From Octopus vulgaris (lineage: Eukaryota), in contig OX597818.1 in assembly GCA_951406725.2 (NCBI GenBank), positions 63,798,001-63,862,000 on the forward strand: a stretch of 64,000 nucleotides of DNA. Direction: 5' to 3'. Below are positions 30,344 through 44,491 of this stretch, piece after piece. Both the position numbers and the translations under genes were made by a program. The notes beneath the pieces are model-generated. The model saw only the letters and a program-made list of their open reading frames with translations. It had not been told where the DNA came from and did not search any database. How positions within the stretch are numbered: position 1 is the stretch's first letter; every line of letters starts with the position of its first letter.

Positions 30344-30399
<56 letters not shown>

Positions 30400-30619
30400 A
30401 TATATATATATATGTATGTGTATATATATATATACATAGATAGATAGATATGCATACATATATATAAATGTAACAACAGCTTATATATATATATATATAT
30501 ATATGATGCGTAAGATATTTGTCGACGGATTTATGTTTATGAAAAACAGATATATAACAAGTCATAACTTTATTTATCAAAAGATACTATGAGAATAAAA
30601 ATAAAACTTTTCTATAATG

Positions 30620-31620
30620 TTATTCAATAAAACCACATTCAGCTTCAACAACTGCTTCTATATGAGATCTAAATCGTCTACGTAATCGAATCAAGTGGTC
30701 CAGGTTCATTTTGGACTTTATTTTGCCAACTTTCAAAGAATCTTTTGTGTTATGAGCCTCTTCATTGACCTCTCTCTTAACAATGCTCCCCATATAATAG
30801 CCTGATGGATTGAGATCTGGGAAATTAGGATACCGAAAGTTAGGGGTTATGTTATCATGAAAATTTCCAGCCATCCTTCTTGTGTTACTGGAGCCATGTG
30901 TGATAGTGCAGAGTCTGACTGAAACGCATACACCCTTCCATTGCATACACTGTCTATCCGGATCTTCACAACTATTTCCCGGACGTCTTTGTAGGCGGCA
31001 TAGTTAACTCTAAGGCCTTGTGGAAAGAAGTAAGGAGACATCATATGTCCTTCAATGCTGACAACCAATAAAAAACTTGACAGTTGCAGAAACCTTCGCA
31101 TGCATAACACTTGCAACTTCAGAAGGCTCTGCACAGTGCCATCTGCCATTTCTTCTGTTAATTTTTGATCTTGGTCGAAGTTTTTCTCGTTTGAGAATAA
31201 ACAAATCAAATCTTCTGCTGGATTTTGCAGTTTATTTAAGCGTCTTGCAGATCTGATTTAATGATTTTCTTCCTTTTTACCTGATAAATTCACCTTTCCT
31301 CATCATATAAGAATGAAATCTGATGTCTGCGTGGACAACATAACTGACTGTTCCTTCTGATACATGGAAGTCCTTTGCAATTGAGGTCACCAACTTTCTG
31401 GGATTACAATCATAGGTCTGTTGAACATGCTGGATATTTGTGATACGTTTCGATCTTCAGTCTCTAGCCCCTTACATAGTTTATAGACGAATGTTTTGGC
31501 AACTTTTAAAAATCGAGGTATTTCTATATCGCTATGCTCAGCGTTTATAATCACAATAACAGCATACCTCTTCATTTCTTGAGTAAGCTGTGGATCTGCT
31601 ATTATTATTTTCTTCAACAA
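30620..31620 (-). pseudogene. Decayed Tc1/mariner transposase, DD37D (maT)-like
   Basis: Frameshifted pieces MKRYAVIV...IPRFLKVAKTFVYK (HTH), FSNEKNFDQDQ, YAFQSDSALSH, PNFPDLNPSGYY (SPDLNPLDY-like) and RFRSHIEAVVEAECGFIE*; no TIR pair recognised. Confidence 0.85.
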
Positions 31621-31625
31621 AGACT

Positions 31626-31691
<66 letters not shown>

Positions 31692-31694
<3 letters not shown>

Positions 31695-31985
31695 TAGGTG
31701 AATGAATTATCCTATGTTTATCGTCAGCATGGAACATTCGTTTAACCGAAACCTGGGTAGCAAATTCACGTCAGAAAACACGGTTGAAGCGACCAGTCAA
31801 GGGTAGAAACTCCGGGTTCATGTGCAGAAATTTGTGTGTTGTATATGAATAAATGAAAGAATGGAGTCGAACGAAGATGTTAACAAAATTCCTTTACTCT
31901 CGACACATGTGTTGAAGACAGAATATTTTCATTCCGAAGGAATAAAGGGTGCATTATGCAATCTTCTCATCAGGAAAGAAAGGCA

Positions 31986-31989
<4 letters not shown>
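31692..31989 (-). mobile_element. Short PLE pLTR-like element inside (TA)n with decayed HHR
   Basis: 31860-31980 resembles the PLE end at 48240-48365; minus strand reads CTTTC-CTGATGA-GAAGA..TCTTC-AACAC-ATGT-GTC-GAGAG; 31692-31860 recurs at 46282-46445. Confidence 0.65.
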
Positions 31990-32072
<83 letters not shown>

Positions 32073-32638
32073 TTGACCTGAATAGTAGCCTGCGGTATAC
32101 ACTTTACTTGGATATTTAATACTTCTGAGTTTCCGCTCGGTATGAAACATATGTAGCCCGCATCTTATCTAATCCAATCCTTAGTTCGTGGATCTTTATT
32201 CAGACTTCGATACGAAAACAATCCACAACCTTCCGTCTCAGTAAAGCCCTATTCTCCCTGAAAGTTGCTTTTTATATTTACTACAGATTGCTTGAATGTA
32301 ACTGACTGCATACACCTCGATCCCTGGACCTCATATATATATAGATAGATAGTTATTGCTTGTTTATGTGCGTGCGTGTGTGTTTACGTCTATGTTTAGA
32401 CACTTGCCACAGCATGTCAAGTAGTGTGTGCTTATATACTCGTAATCTACCGATTCAGTGACAAAGACAGACATAATACATTACAGAGTTTGAAAATAAA
32501 CACAGGGTGAAATTCGTTCTACAGAAATTCTTGAAGGTGGTGCCGAAACAAAGTCAAAGAATATATTTTATGAGTATGTTCCGTAGATCTCATTGGTCAT
32601 TCAATGTTGATTTTGCAGTTAATATTAATACTTCTCTA

Positions 32639-33035
32639 AGGCGGTGACCTGGCAGACACATTAGCACGCCGGGCGAAATGCCGAGCGGTATTTCGTCTGC
32701 CGTTACGTTCTGAGTTCAAATTCCGCCGAGGTCGACTTTGTCTTTCATCCTTCCGGGGTCGATACATTAAGTACCAGTTACGCACTGAGGTCGATATAAT
32801 CGACTTAATCCGTTTGTCTGTCCTTGTTTATCCTCTCTGTGTTTAGCTCCTTCTGGGTAGTAAAAAAATAGGTATTTCGTCTGCCGCTACGTTCTGAGTT
32901 CAAATTTCACCGAAGTCGACTTTGCCTTTCATTCTTTCTGGGTCGATAAATTAAGTGCCACTTGCGTACTGGGATCAATCTAATCAACAGGTCCCCTCTC
33001 CAAAAATTTCAGGCCTCGTGTTTAATGTAGAAACG
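32639..33035 (+). mobile_element. SINE B dimer (full monomer plus headless second unit with a different tail)
   Basis: One TSD AATAT(T/C)AATACTTCTCTA at 32621-32638 and 33036-33053 flanks both units. Confidence 0.9.
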
Positions 33036-34082
33036 AATATCAATACTTCTCTACGCAAACCTATATATATTTCCTTACACTTTTTTGTAGAATTTTATAC
33101 GGTATGATATTGGTTCAATTTCTTTTCTAAATATGTATATATAAATTGAACTCATATTCTTAGAATAAGATTAGATTTCTCGGAATTGCTCTGAAAACTA
33201 GGAAATCTTACTCGTAATCTGCTATCAAGAGTGAATTTTTGTGTTATCGTAATCACATGCAATTTATTCTTTTGAAAAATTAAAAGCATTTTCAAATATT
33301 ATATGGAAGTAAATTGAAACACAGGAAGATGAAAGAAGCAATCGTAAGAAATTAAGAAATGGAAAAGATGAAAGATTGGTGAAACGAAGCTGACAGTATT
33401 GACATTTAAGGGCATTCAGTAAAAATCTTTTAAAGAATACTCTTAATTTACTTATAGAGTTCTCTTATCTCAATTAAATGAAGTTTTATCGTACTGAAAA
33501 ATTTGAATTAATTTTGTTTTATCTTTTGCGCATGCGTAATTTAGCATTTCCATATAGATCTCTGTATTTAAACTCATTCCTCTGAGGTTATTTTAGCTAT
33601 ATTTAAAGAGTTAACCCCCCACCCACCAATACAATAACTCTATTCATTTCTATTTGCATATTTTATTCGGTATATCTATTCTTACATGGTTTTCTTCATA
33701 CACGCAATTGGTTCAATAATTATGATTCAGTTTGTAAATACGACCAATATTTGGTGACAATGCTACGTTTATGAGCTACCATATATTAGATAATTAAATT
33801 ATTGTTGGACAGATCAGCCTCAAAATATAAGCTTGGTTTTTATAAAGCAAATATTTTTCGAAAGAGTCGTTAAAATTTTTGAAACAATCTATATTTTTTA
33901 GTGTTTCATTCATTATACTTCGGCCAAAATACGGGACCATATGGAAGGCATTTGTCTATCAAATGAGCTCCAGTAATAGTGTAAAGCCTCCTAGATATTT
34001 CGTCACCCAATTCTAAAGAATGCTATACAAACTTAAATTTTTTCAAAACACACAATTTTGATAATTAATATGCTATATCGTC

Positions 34083-35836
34083 CGATTGATGAAACCAGCA
34101 GAGAGGATGTGTGTTGAAAGTATTCTAAAGTGAGATTCTCCAGCGCCATTTATTAGCTTGTCAAAGAGTTATACTAACGTAATACTAAACGTGTCGTATA
34201 TTAAAAATTTCATTACAGTATAAACAGAACAATTTTAGCCTATATCGAAAACATTCGATGGCTTAGTTACAGCGTATAGATATGTCCTATGTGCCTGAAT
34301 TAGCTGGACCATGAGTGTTTGAAATATGGATTCGATGTACAATATTGCAAGATGTAATTATTAAAAAAATAAACAGCCAAGATTAGACTCCCGGTTAGTC
34401 TCCAAGCCTGCACAACTGAGACTATAAATATTATCTAATTTGTCCTCTTTGTTTACCTCTAAGTTTCCTCCATTGAGTGGCTTTGAAAAATACTTCTTGT
34501 GAAATTTTTCTCTAACATCCTAATCACATGTCCGAAGTACTGGAGCAGTAACTTATAAATTTAAGCAATGGAACATTAACACTATAGCCTCAACATTCGA
34601 TCGTCAATTGATAACCCCTCGATAAAAAGCCAAAACCGCTATTCTCAACTCAGTTTCTGTTACTAACTTCTACCCTGAAGGCTGGGCAATGATCGTAAGT
34701 GCGATCGCGAATACGAGCAGCCAAAACGGGGTTCCTCTGAAGGAGCTCTAGTTAAATGCCGCGGGTCTAATATCCATTTCTTTACTACTCACAAGGAGCT
34801 AAACACAGAGGGGACAAACAAGGACAGAGAAACGGATTAAGTCGATTACATCGACCCCAGTGCGTAACTGGTACTTATTTAATCGACCTCACAAGGATGA
34901 AAGGCAAAGTTGACCTCGGCGGAATTTGAACTCAGAACGCAGCGGCAGACGAAATACCGCTAAGCATTTCGCCCGGCGTGCTAACGATTCTGCCAGCTCG
35001 CCGCCTTTAGCCTCGGGTCTAATATCAAGGAGTAACTCTTGGTTGAGCCGCTACATTTCTGCATTGAGATGTTTCGTATCATTGAGGATCCGCGTAAACG
35101 CACCACCTTTCGTTATATTTCCCTTCGGGCCATTAGAATATCAATGTGTAAATATCTAATGCGTACGCACAGAATTATACTCCTATATCATTTAATATTT
35201 TCAAAAGCGTAACTCATTTCCACCAAATATACAATACATATGATGAGATATTGTTATTCATTTACAAATATAACATGTTGATATCTTCACGGTAAGAGAG
35301 CTAATCAAATAAACTCCAAATGAGTTGAAATTGTCTGCTGTGGGGCAATAATTACACGGTTGTCAACGTGGTTTAGCGATCGAAAAAATAAACGAGCATA
35401 TTTTGAATAAAACAAATTAGATCCGTAAACAATTTAGATTCCCGACCTCATTTACGCCACTCTCTTTGCTTATTCTTTATGATCTAGATATCTTACATTC
35501 AGCAAATAAAAACACACACGCTTCGAAAATCTTATTAAATTTCATCTACGTCAAACCAATAATGAGAATTTTGCACATCGAATCCATATTTTATAGCACG
35601 CATGATACGACTAATTCAGGCGCATAGGACATGTCTATACGCTGTAACTAATCCATCGAATATTTTCGATATAGGCTACAATTTGTGGTCTCTTTACACA
35701 CTAATGAAATTTATAAAATACGACGCGTTTTGTATTGCTTTACAATAACTCTTTGACAAGCTAATAAGATGGCAATGGAGATTCTCACTTTAGAATACTT
35801 TCAACACTCATCTACTCTGCTGGTTTCTTCAATCCG
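34083..35836. mobile_element. Putative foldback/non-autonomous DNA element with about 260-bp imperfect inverted repeats
   Basis: 34083-34345 is the imperfect reverse complement of 35570-35836 (e.g. TTGAAAGTATTCTAAAGTGAG / CTCACTTTAGAATACTTTCAA). Confidence 0.7.
34775..35009 (-). mobile_element. SINE B monomer
   Basis: TSD GCC(G/T)CGGGTCTAATATC at 34758-34774 and 35010-35026. Confidence 0.92.
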
Positions 35837-36087
35837 TACAGTGAACCGGTTCAGAAACACGAGAATCTGATGAACTATATAACTTATGACCAATTGTCCA
35901 GAAAATATATTCGGATCTTACTGTCGTCAAAATCTTCCTTTCCCCCAACAGGGGAAACTAGTTTGCAAGCCAAATTATTTTTCCTTCGGGAGACCTGTTG
36001 ATGGCTAAAACAAATTGCAAAGGCAGAAACATACTAACTATTATAAAAATCACATACACCCATATATATGCGCATAACAATATATCG

Positions 36088-36466
<379 letters not shown>

Positions 36467-36495
36467 TTATTATATATATATATATATTTACGTAA

Positions 36496-36915
36496 CTAAA
36501 GTGACTGAGAGAACTAGTGAGCACTAATATTGCTAGAAATAGTAGTTAAAACAATTCGTAGCCACAAGATGCATCTTATCTTAATGGCTGACAAGGGAGG
36601 CAAACTCCTTCAACACCTGGACATAGCCAGATTACAATGATTTGCATTTATATTAATGCTGGTCAGTGGCTCTCACCTATTGCCTTGAGTTAAACTCAAC
36701 TAAACTTATTATTTATGCGTTTCACTTTTACCGTTTAGAAACACAGCGTATGATTTCTACGATAATCTTATAAACTGACAAGGTGAGTTGAGTTTAACCC
36801 AAGGCGCTAGGAGAGTGCCACTGAGGGAACGTGCCTCCCCTGACAGTCATTAAGATAAGCGCTTGTGGCTATCAGCTATTTTAACTATTATTTCCAGCGA
36901 CTTCAGTCACTTTAG
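36496..36915. mobile_element. Palindromic MITE-like element
   Basis: CTAAAGTGACTGA/TCAGTCACTTTAG termini plus internal paired blocks TAGCCACAAG/CTTGTGGCTA, CTTATCTTAATG/CATTAAGATAAG and TAAACTCAACT/AGTTGAGTTTA. Confidence 0.8.
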
Positions 36916-38975
36916 AGACATGTATTTCTGCTATTCGGTTATAAAATTGCGAACAGACCATCCTTCTAAACTGTGTGTGTGTGTGTGTGTGTAACTGTAT
37001 ATATATATTTATGTAATATATACATACGCATACGTACAAGTAAATTGGAACCCAGATATACAAAGATAACAAACGCTACTGTCATGCATATACAGACACA
37101 CGCGTGCGCAGTTCGGTCTCAGAAAATTAAAACACATATATGTATATATATTGTAATACACACAATCTATCGCGAAACAAGTCCTGCGGACACTCTCCAA
37201 CTTCATTTCAGAGTGACCCATAGAGATTTAATCTACTTTCATAGGTGTTAGTTTGGAAGTCATTTAAATAGGTGTTTGGACATGTGTGAAAGTGCTAAGG
37301 CATGATTCTTCTTTCACTTCTGTGTGTGTGTGTTTATGTGTGTGTTTGTGTGTGTATACCTACATATGAACAAATAATTACCCATGTATACGAATTTTAT
37401 TACTCTCTTATGTGTGCTATCAGTATACATAAAATTCGCAAATAAATTGAAGGATTTTATTTATACCTGAACTTCTGAATAGTTTTTATTATATGTTTTG
37501 ACATTTAGTTATTTTTTTTATTTGAAGCAATATTCTTTGGATCAATGAATATAAATTGTTATAAATGCTACATAATTATCAATAATTTAATAACTTCACA
37601 TTCATAAACTGTCAAACAGATATACTCTTAACAAATATAGTGGTGTAATAACAATATAACAATTTTCGTTTCAGTAAGAATTCAATCCATATCTATGAAT
37701 AGGAATATATTAACAACACGACAAAATCAATGTATTTGTGTATGAACATCTTGTTATGTATTTCCATTTTGAAATCATATGAATCGTTTATATAGGAAAA
37801 AATATTTGACTGAACAAAATAAAATTGCAACCGTTTTTCATATCACTATTTCGGAATTTCATATTATTACCTTTTCCTGAAGTGGTGAAATTAGGAATAA
37901 TTTGAATTTCTGTACAATAAATTTCATTTCATTTAGCTGAGAATCTAATGTCAACATTTTTTCTCGATCATTGATTTTTGTTATGAGGTGGAAAGCCGTG
38001 AAAAAGATCGGAGCCTAGAAACGAAAATGAAAACTGCATACATCGAACTTTGGCGTCACATTTTCTTCACATCCAAGATTTAATTAAATATTAATATGAT
38101 GAATCTTAATATTACTTCTTCGAAACCTGGGATTTAGTCGTCTGTACCAATGATTAGTGTTATGAAAATATATATGTACATTATTATATACATTAATAAA
38201 TTACATTTTCTACAGTCTTACCAGTTTTACATAAAAATATTGTCAGATGCCACGATTACAATTCTAGTACCTAGCTGAACATTTTTCAATATTTTCCAAT
38301 TTGATTTCCATTTTTTTCCCCAGAATAACCAATTGCATCATCACATTTTTAATCTTTAATAACTACTTTTAACTTGATTAAATATTTAAATGTTTTTTGA
38401 AGAATATGGTTATGGCTATATTCACAAGTACAATAAGCAACATAAAAGAAAATAACAGGAAAATATTAAAAAAAAATAATAACATAGAACAATCAAAATT
38501 TTCTGCAGTTGGCATAATGGCGTCAGTAATAATTCTAAACGCTAGCACAAAGGGAAATTATGTTGCTACATTAATGAAAAACGTAAATGAATTTTTAAAA
38601 ATTGTAATTTTCACGGCGCGTCTAAATTTAAAAAAATATATATTGCATGATATTCACCAGGGCACTAGGTTAATTTCTGTCTCATAATAATGTATCTGAA
38701 TACTGTGTTCATTTGTAGGACGTCTATGAGCTGATGAGCGGGAAAAGAGAATAGAAAGGAATACGCCAAATGATTTCTCTTTATTCTTCAGCACATCAAT
38801 AGCGCATCAATCTATGTGCATATATAATTATGTGTGGATATGGTGTGTGCGTGTGGTGTGTGCGCGTGCTTGAGTTAAAATACAGAGCACTTTTCTTTTA
38901 TATATTTCACGTCTGTGTATGTGTGCAGTGCAAATGCTCGCATATGTGTCTCTGTATATTGGTAGATAGAATTCC

Positions 38976-39009
<34 letters not shown>

Positions 39010-39789
39010 AAAAGAACGATGCGACCGTGACCGTGGTCCAACGCAAAAGGGCTAGTAGTCAGCCAGTGGTCACGTGAGAAGAGAAGAGAGAGGAAAAGAG
39101 GAGCAAAGGAATTAAGGGGGGAGAGAGAGTGTTGAAGTCGTACAAAGTTTAGTGAAATGTGTACTTACATATAAGAGAACAAGGTGTACGTACGTCGCAA
39201 TATATATATTTGTGTGTGTGTAGGCATATAAAAATATACATATGAATAATTTACCTACGGCCATTTTTAAAAAGTGACTATGATATCTTCTTATTCTTCC
39301 CATCCTTTTCTAGGTTTACTATTCACTTTATTACACCTCATCGTACCATTTTCTTTACCTATCTCTCCAATTTGGGGATTTTCTATCATATCATCCCACC
39401 TCCCAATTCTCACACCTATTCCTTCCTTACATTCTATTCGCCTATTGCTTTCATCTTGATAACTCTCCTCTCCCATCCCCCTCAAAATATCTTGACCACC
39501 ATCTAACACTCCTTTTTTCATTTTCTTTCTCTTTCTTTCCTTCTTTCTTTCTTCATTCCTCCGGTATTCCTTTTGACTAAGACCATTCTCTTCCTAACAC
39601 ACATATATATTCTCTGCTCTCCATCTACCTACCCGTAAACAGAATTGATTAATGAGATGCATTCACATCCCAAGATCCCTTTGAATGAGCAGCACATGAA
39701 ATGTATATCCCCACACCCACATTTTGTAATAACAAAATATGATCACCTATCAGAATCTACATACCAATGACAAGAAGCATTTCCACACA

Positions 39790-40070
39790 TTCTTCGCAGA
39801 ACATTCTTTGGATAATGAAACTGCAACTTTAACAACTTACATATTTTTTATTTGTATTTTATTCTCTTATTTCCCTTTACACTTCTTATATCCATCATTT
39901 TCTAAAATACTTCTTTATATTGAACTCTATTGTTTCTCTGTAGTTACCTCTCTCTCATATCGTCTCTGATGAAGAGATATCCCTAACAGCTGTAAGATTA
40001 CCTTTCTCTTTATCAATGTCTTGTGAATTCCACACACTTGGCTTTGTTGTCTCATTATATTTAACATATA
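39790..40070 (+). mobile_element. PLE pLTR-like remnant with decayed HHR
   Basis: 39963-39996 reads TCT-CTGATGA-A-GAGATATC-CCTAAC-AGCT-GTA-AGA; similar region at 45930-46175. Confidence 0.55.
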
Positions 40071-40204
40071 CATGCACACATAAGACGCATTTTGGACCCC
40101 ACACTTTTAATATTATGGAACCGAGAGTCTAACTCCGGTCCTCCCGTATCCCTTGCATAGCCTTATTTGCTATCTTCGGTCTTCTGGATACTAATACCTT
40201 TATA

Positions 40205-40285
<81 letters not shown>

Positions 40286-40548
40286 CCGGTGTTGTTGAAA
40301 CGATGACTAGCTTTGCGTAAACCATGGTCCATTTTGTTCTCTTACTTTATTATCATTTTATAATCATCTCATAATAATGAATTTTATGACTCGTATTACT
40401 ACCTCAGTCAATCTAAATGTATATATTTGTCGTTACCTGTCATAAATAGCCTTTTTTTTATTTGCAATGTGCATTTTCGTTGATTTTTCATATTTCACCC
40501 TTACATTTCCACGTGTATTTTATATTTTCTTTTCGTAACCTATTTCTA

Positions 40549-40681
<133 letters not shown>

Positions 40682-41284
40682 GGCACAAAATTCCAAGTGA
40701 GATGGCAATTTTGAAATAAAAGGAAAATCTTTAACGCATGAATATAACTGTGAAAACATCTATGATGGTTGTGTAAAGTACACTTTTAGGCGGAGAAGTG
40801 GCCAGCAACCCGTTACCGAGAAGCAAATTCTGTATCGTTCACACCAACGCTGTGTACTCTAGATTTAAACGAAGTCTGACAGCAGGTACCGTCTTTTATA
40901 ACACCAACTTATGGCGTTTGGAATATCAGAACATCTTTATAACCAAACATTGAAGTAAGTTGGAATTTTAATATTATTTACGGCTTTCATCAGAAGCAGT
41001 AGTTTAAAGAATATATTGTTAAACTATATTTTTAAAAAATGGAGGTAATCTATTCAAAATGTTTAGGAGTGTTTTAACATCTTTTTATTAGGAAAGGAGA
41101 ATCTTAGAATATATAAGATTAGAAACTGAAAAGAAAGGATAAAGTGGAGACGAAATGTGTGAAGGTTAAGGAAAAATAGTAAAAACAATTGTAATAATGA
41201 AGACAGAAAGTTGTATCTGACAGAAAAGAAAAAGGGATATTTCATTCGGACAAATTGAACCCGTAATTATCTTTGCATTACTTA

Positions 41285-41447
41285 GGGCACAAACGAATTC
41301 GGGGAACGGAGCAAGTCAATTGCATCGATTTTATTGACCCCGAAAATATGCAAAGCAAATTCCACCTCGGCCAAATTCGAACTCATAACGTAGAGACGAC
41401 AGAAATGTTGCCCAGCATTTAGCCCGGCATTCCAACGGTCCTCCCAG
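41285..41447 (-). mobile_element. Degenerate SINE B-related copy
   Basis: TTATTGACCCCGAAAATATGCAAAGCAAATTCCACCTCGGCCAAATTCGAACTCATAACG. Confidence 0.7.
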
Positions 41448-42802
41448 ATGTTTACATACAGCAACCCTTTTATAAAGCATCAGTAAAATTACATGATTTG
41501 AGTTGAAGAAAACTCGATGCAAGAGAAGAAAACAATCAAGTAGAAAACAAGCATATAAACCAAAAAATAAAGTAAAACATTTGAATCACGGTCAAAGATT
41601 GAGTTGAGAATGTTGAACACGGAAACTGGAAAACAAGGTCACGTGCACCTATCAGTGTTTGCGTGCTGTTAGTCCTATAAGAAAGGTCTAAGAAAGGTCA
41701 CTTTAATTAGCGAAGCAGGCCAAACAGGGGAGACATAAAACAATGTAAGAAATAAAAGTAGTAAGTGGAATGAGAGATTTGCAAAGAAATACTTCGATCG
41801 CTGACTATAAAGTAGATTATGTGAGTATGCGTGCCATTCCTAAAGAATCTTATATGAAGGCAATCAAATATCGACTGCAAAACAAACAAAATATATAAAG
41901 AAAATATCTGATGTTTATTTTTAAAGGGAAAATTTAACATTGACATCAAAGTTTTGCCAGCGTTCATTCTCATCCTCTTTTGTTTTTATCTTCGTTGTAG
42001 TCACTGTTTATATGTTTGGATCGGTCACGAAGGGGAAGAATAATAAAGGCGAAGTGTTCGGTGTCAATAGAAGTAGTGGGATACGAATTAAACTGATATT
42101 GAATCGAGGGCTTATATTGTTTTCCAATTTGAGCTGGAATATTTGTTGGGGTGAAAATACGGAATATACGATCAGAGATGAGACGAAAATAAGAAAACTG
42201 ATTGAGAATGAAAATAAAGAACGTAAAGAAGAGAATGCAGAGTGTAAAAGTAGTTGTAGTAGTCGTAGTAGTAATAGTAGTGGAAGAAGAAAATATAAAA
42301 CGGAAAGAACATAACAGAGAAAATATATCAGTTGTAAATGTAGAAAGAAGAGGAAATAAAGAAAGATAACAGATATAAGATCGAAATGTAGAAAGTATTT
42401 AATGGTGTTGGTCAATAGAGATGCGTAGATAAGTGTTAGAAGTCTTACAATCGTATCAAATATAACACTTTCCCAATGTTTTTTTTTAGGGGGGTGTATC
42501 GTTGACAATTGTAGACGAAAAAAAGAAACAATTCGTTCAATAAAGTAAAAATTAATTGCTGAAGAGTATTTTATGCTGATACTAGAAGGCAAATGCTGAA
42601 TAAACATTACTACATCCCATAAATGTAGCGGCATATCATCTCCTAACCATAAACATATAGGCATGATTTGCTCTCAAGGCTAGAATGGTAAAAACCCAGA
42701 CTATATATGTGAGTGTGTGTGTGTGTGAAAGCATGATGGATATTTAGAAACACACAACCATACTAAAGTCTATCGATCTAAGTAGCTATCTTCCGAGATT
42801 AC

Positions 42803-42836
<34 letters not shown>

Positions 42837-42851
42837 GCTCTGCCTCTGTCA

Positions 42852-42893
<42 letters not shown>

Positions 42894-42943
42894 ATGTATG
42901 TATGTATGTATATATATATATATATATTATATATATATATATG

Positions 42944-42974
<31 letters not shown>

Positions 42975-42982
42975 TGATATAC

Positions 42983-43014
<32 letters not shown>

Positions 43015-43047
43015 ATATATATATATACATACATATATATATATATA

Positions 43048-43094
<47 letters not shown>

Positions 43095-43329
43095 TGCAGC
43101 ACTGACTCTCAATGTGTTTGGGTTTATATTTTACTGCTACTATCCGCCTCCTGCCGTAATGTGGTTTAGTCTTATATTTCTCATAGAAATATATCCAGAG
43201 GCTCTTTGCAGGCTTCCACATTTACACCTTGAAAATTCTTACGGTTGTGTGGTCGAATGTTGAATATTAGTGAAATCTGAAAACCAAGCTGGCAGAGTAG
43301 CATGTGATGCGAAATCGAGAAAATGAGAT

Positions 43330-44130
43330 CTTTGGTATCATGTAGTTCCGTCTAGTTTGGTGGTTTGCGTAACTTTCAATTCCAAAGTTGGGAGCAAGTC
43401 ATTCCAGGATCATCCGTATATAGATTATTGCATATTTTTCACGCCTTCAGTCCAGAATATTAAGCTTCAGGTTTTTTAAACTCTTCCACTAGTTCCCCTG
43501 TTTCAATAGGTCAATCTTCTTTGTGCTGTGGCGCTGGATTAACTCAACTTCTGGCACCAGTTTGACGCTCTTCGACGTCAAGAATTGGGAGCAGAAATAC
43601 AAACGACTGAACAGTAAAATTGTACATAAGAATAGCCTAGTAACTATTTTTCCTTGTTTGAATCATTTCAGGCTGGGGTTGATAACGGAGTGCTTGAACC
43701 TGCTCCACATTGAACTACATCATATTTTCCTCCTATTTCTATATTTTGAGCTGGTACTCTTGCATTTGTGGCATGTCGTTAAGGTCCTTGAGCACTCTGA
43801 CACTTTAGTATCATCAGGGAAACTGGTGAGAGAGGTTGATTGTGTGCCTGAGGGCATTCCTGAGAGAGCCATCAAAAGCAGCAGTGGTTCTTGTATAGTT
43901 CCAACAGACATTCTGCTACGGATTCATGTTTCCTCGGACAGAAGACCGTTGAGTGCAACTCTCACCTTTCTACCTATTAGAAATCCATGCATCCACTCCC
44001 CTAGGTTACCAGCGATACCGAGGCCACGCGGTTTGAGACATATCCTACCGTGACCAACATTACCAAAGGTATTGGAAAGTCGAGTTATATCACATCCACA
44101 TTTCAGTGCTTGAGCTGATGTTGCCTTACG
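43330..44130 (-). mobile_element. Degenerate CR1-group LINE RT remnant
   Basis: LGIAGNLGEWMHGFLIGRKVRVALNG, VGTIQEPLLL (PQGxxLGPLLF-like), SFPDDTKV (YADD-like), ELIQRHSTKKI. Confidence 0.8.
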
Positions 44131-44362
44131 CACGCGCACTGCACACTCACACACACATTCAGTCAGTCACTTAAAGTATATTTCCACATAAATATATATT
44201 CCGTCGCAGAGAACATTATTACAATAGATGTTTCATTTTCAATACAAATAAAAATTATACACCTGCGTGTGTTCGCATGTACGTACGCATGTGTATATAC
44301 ATGAATACATACATGCTTCATATATACGTACATACATACAAACAGACATCCACGCATACATA

Positions 44363-44491
<129 letters not shown>

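Noticed and set aside
42008-42664. Longest ORF (218 aa, hydrophobic)
   Set aside because: Low-complexity F/L/S/I content from the complement of purine-rich DNA; no motif
43523-44053. 176-aa plus-strand ORF
   Set aside because: Antisense shadow of the CR1-group RT remnant
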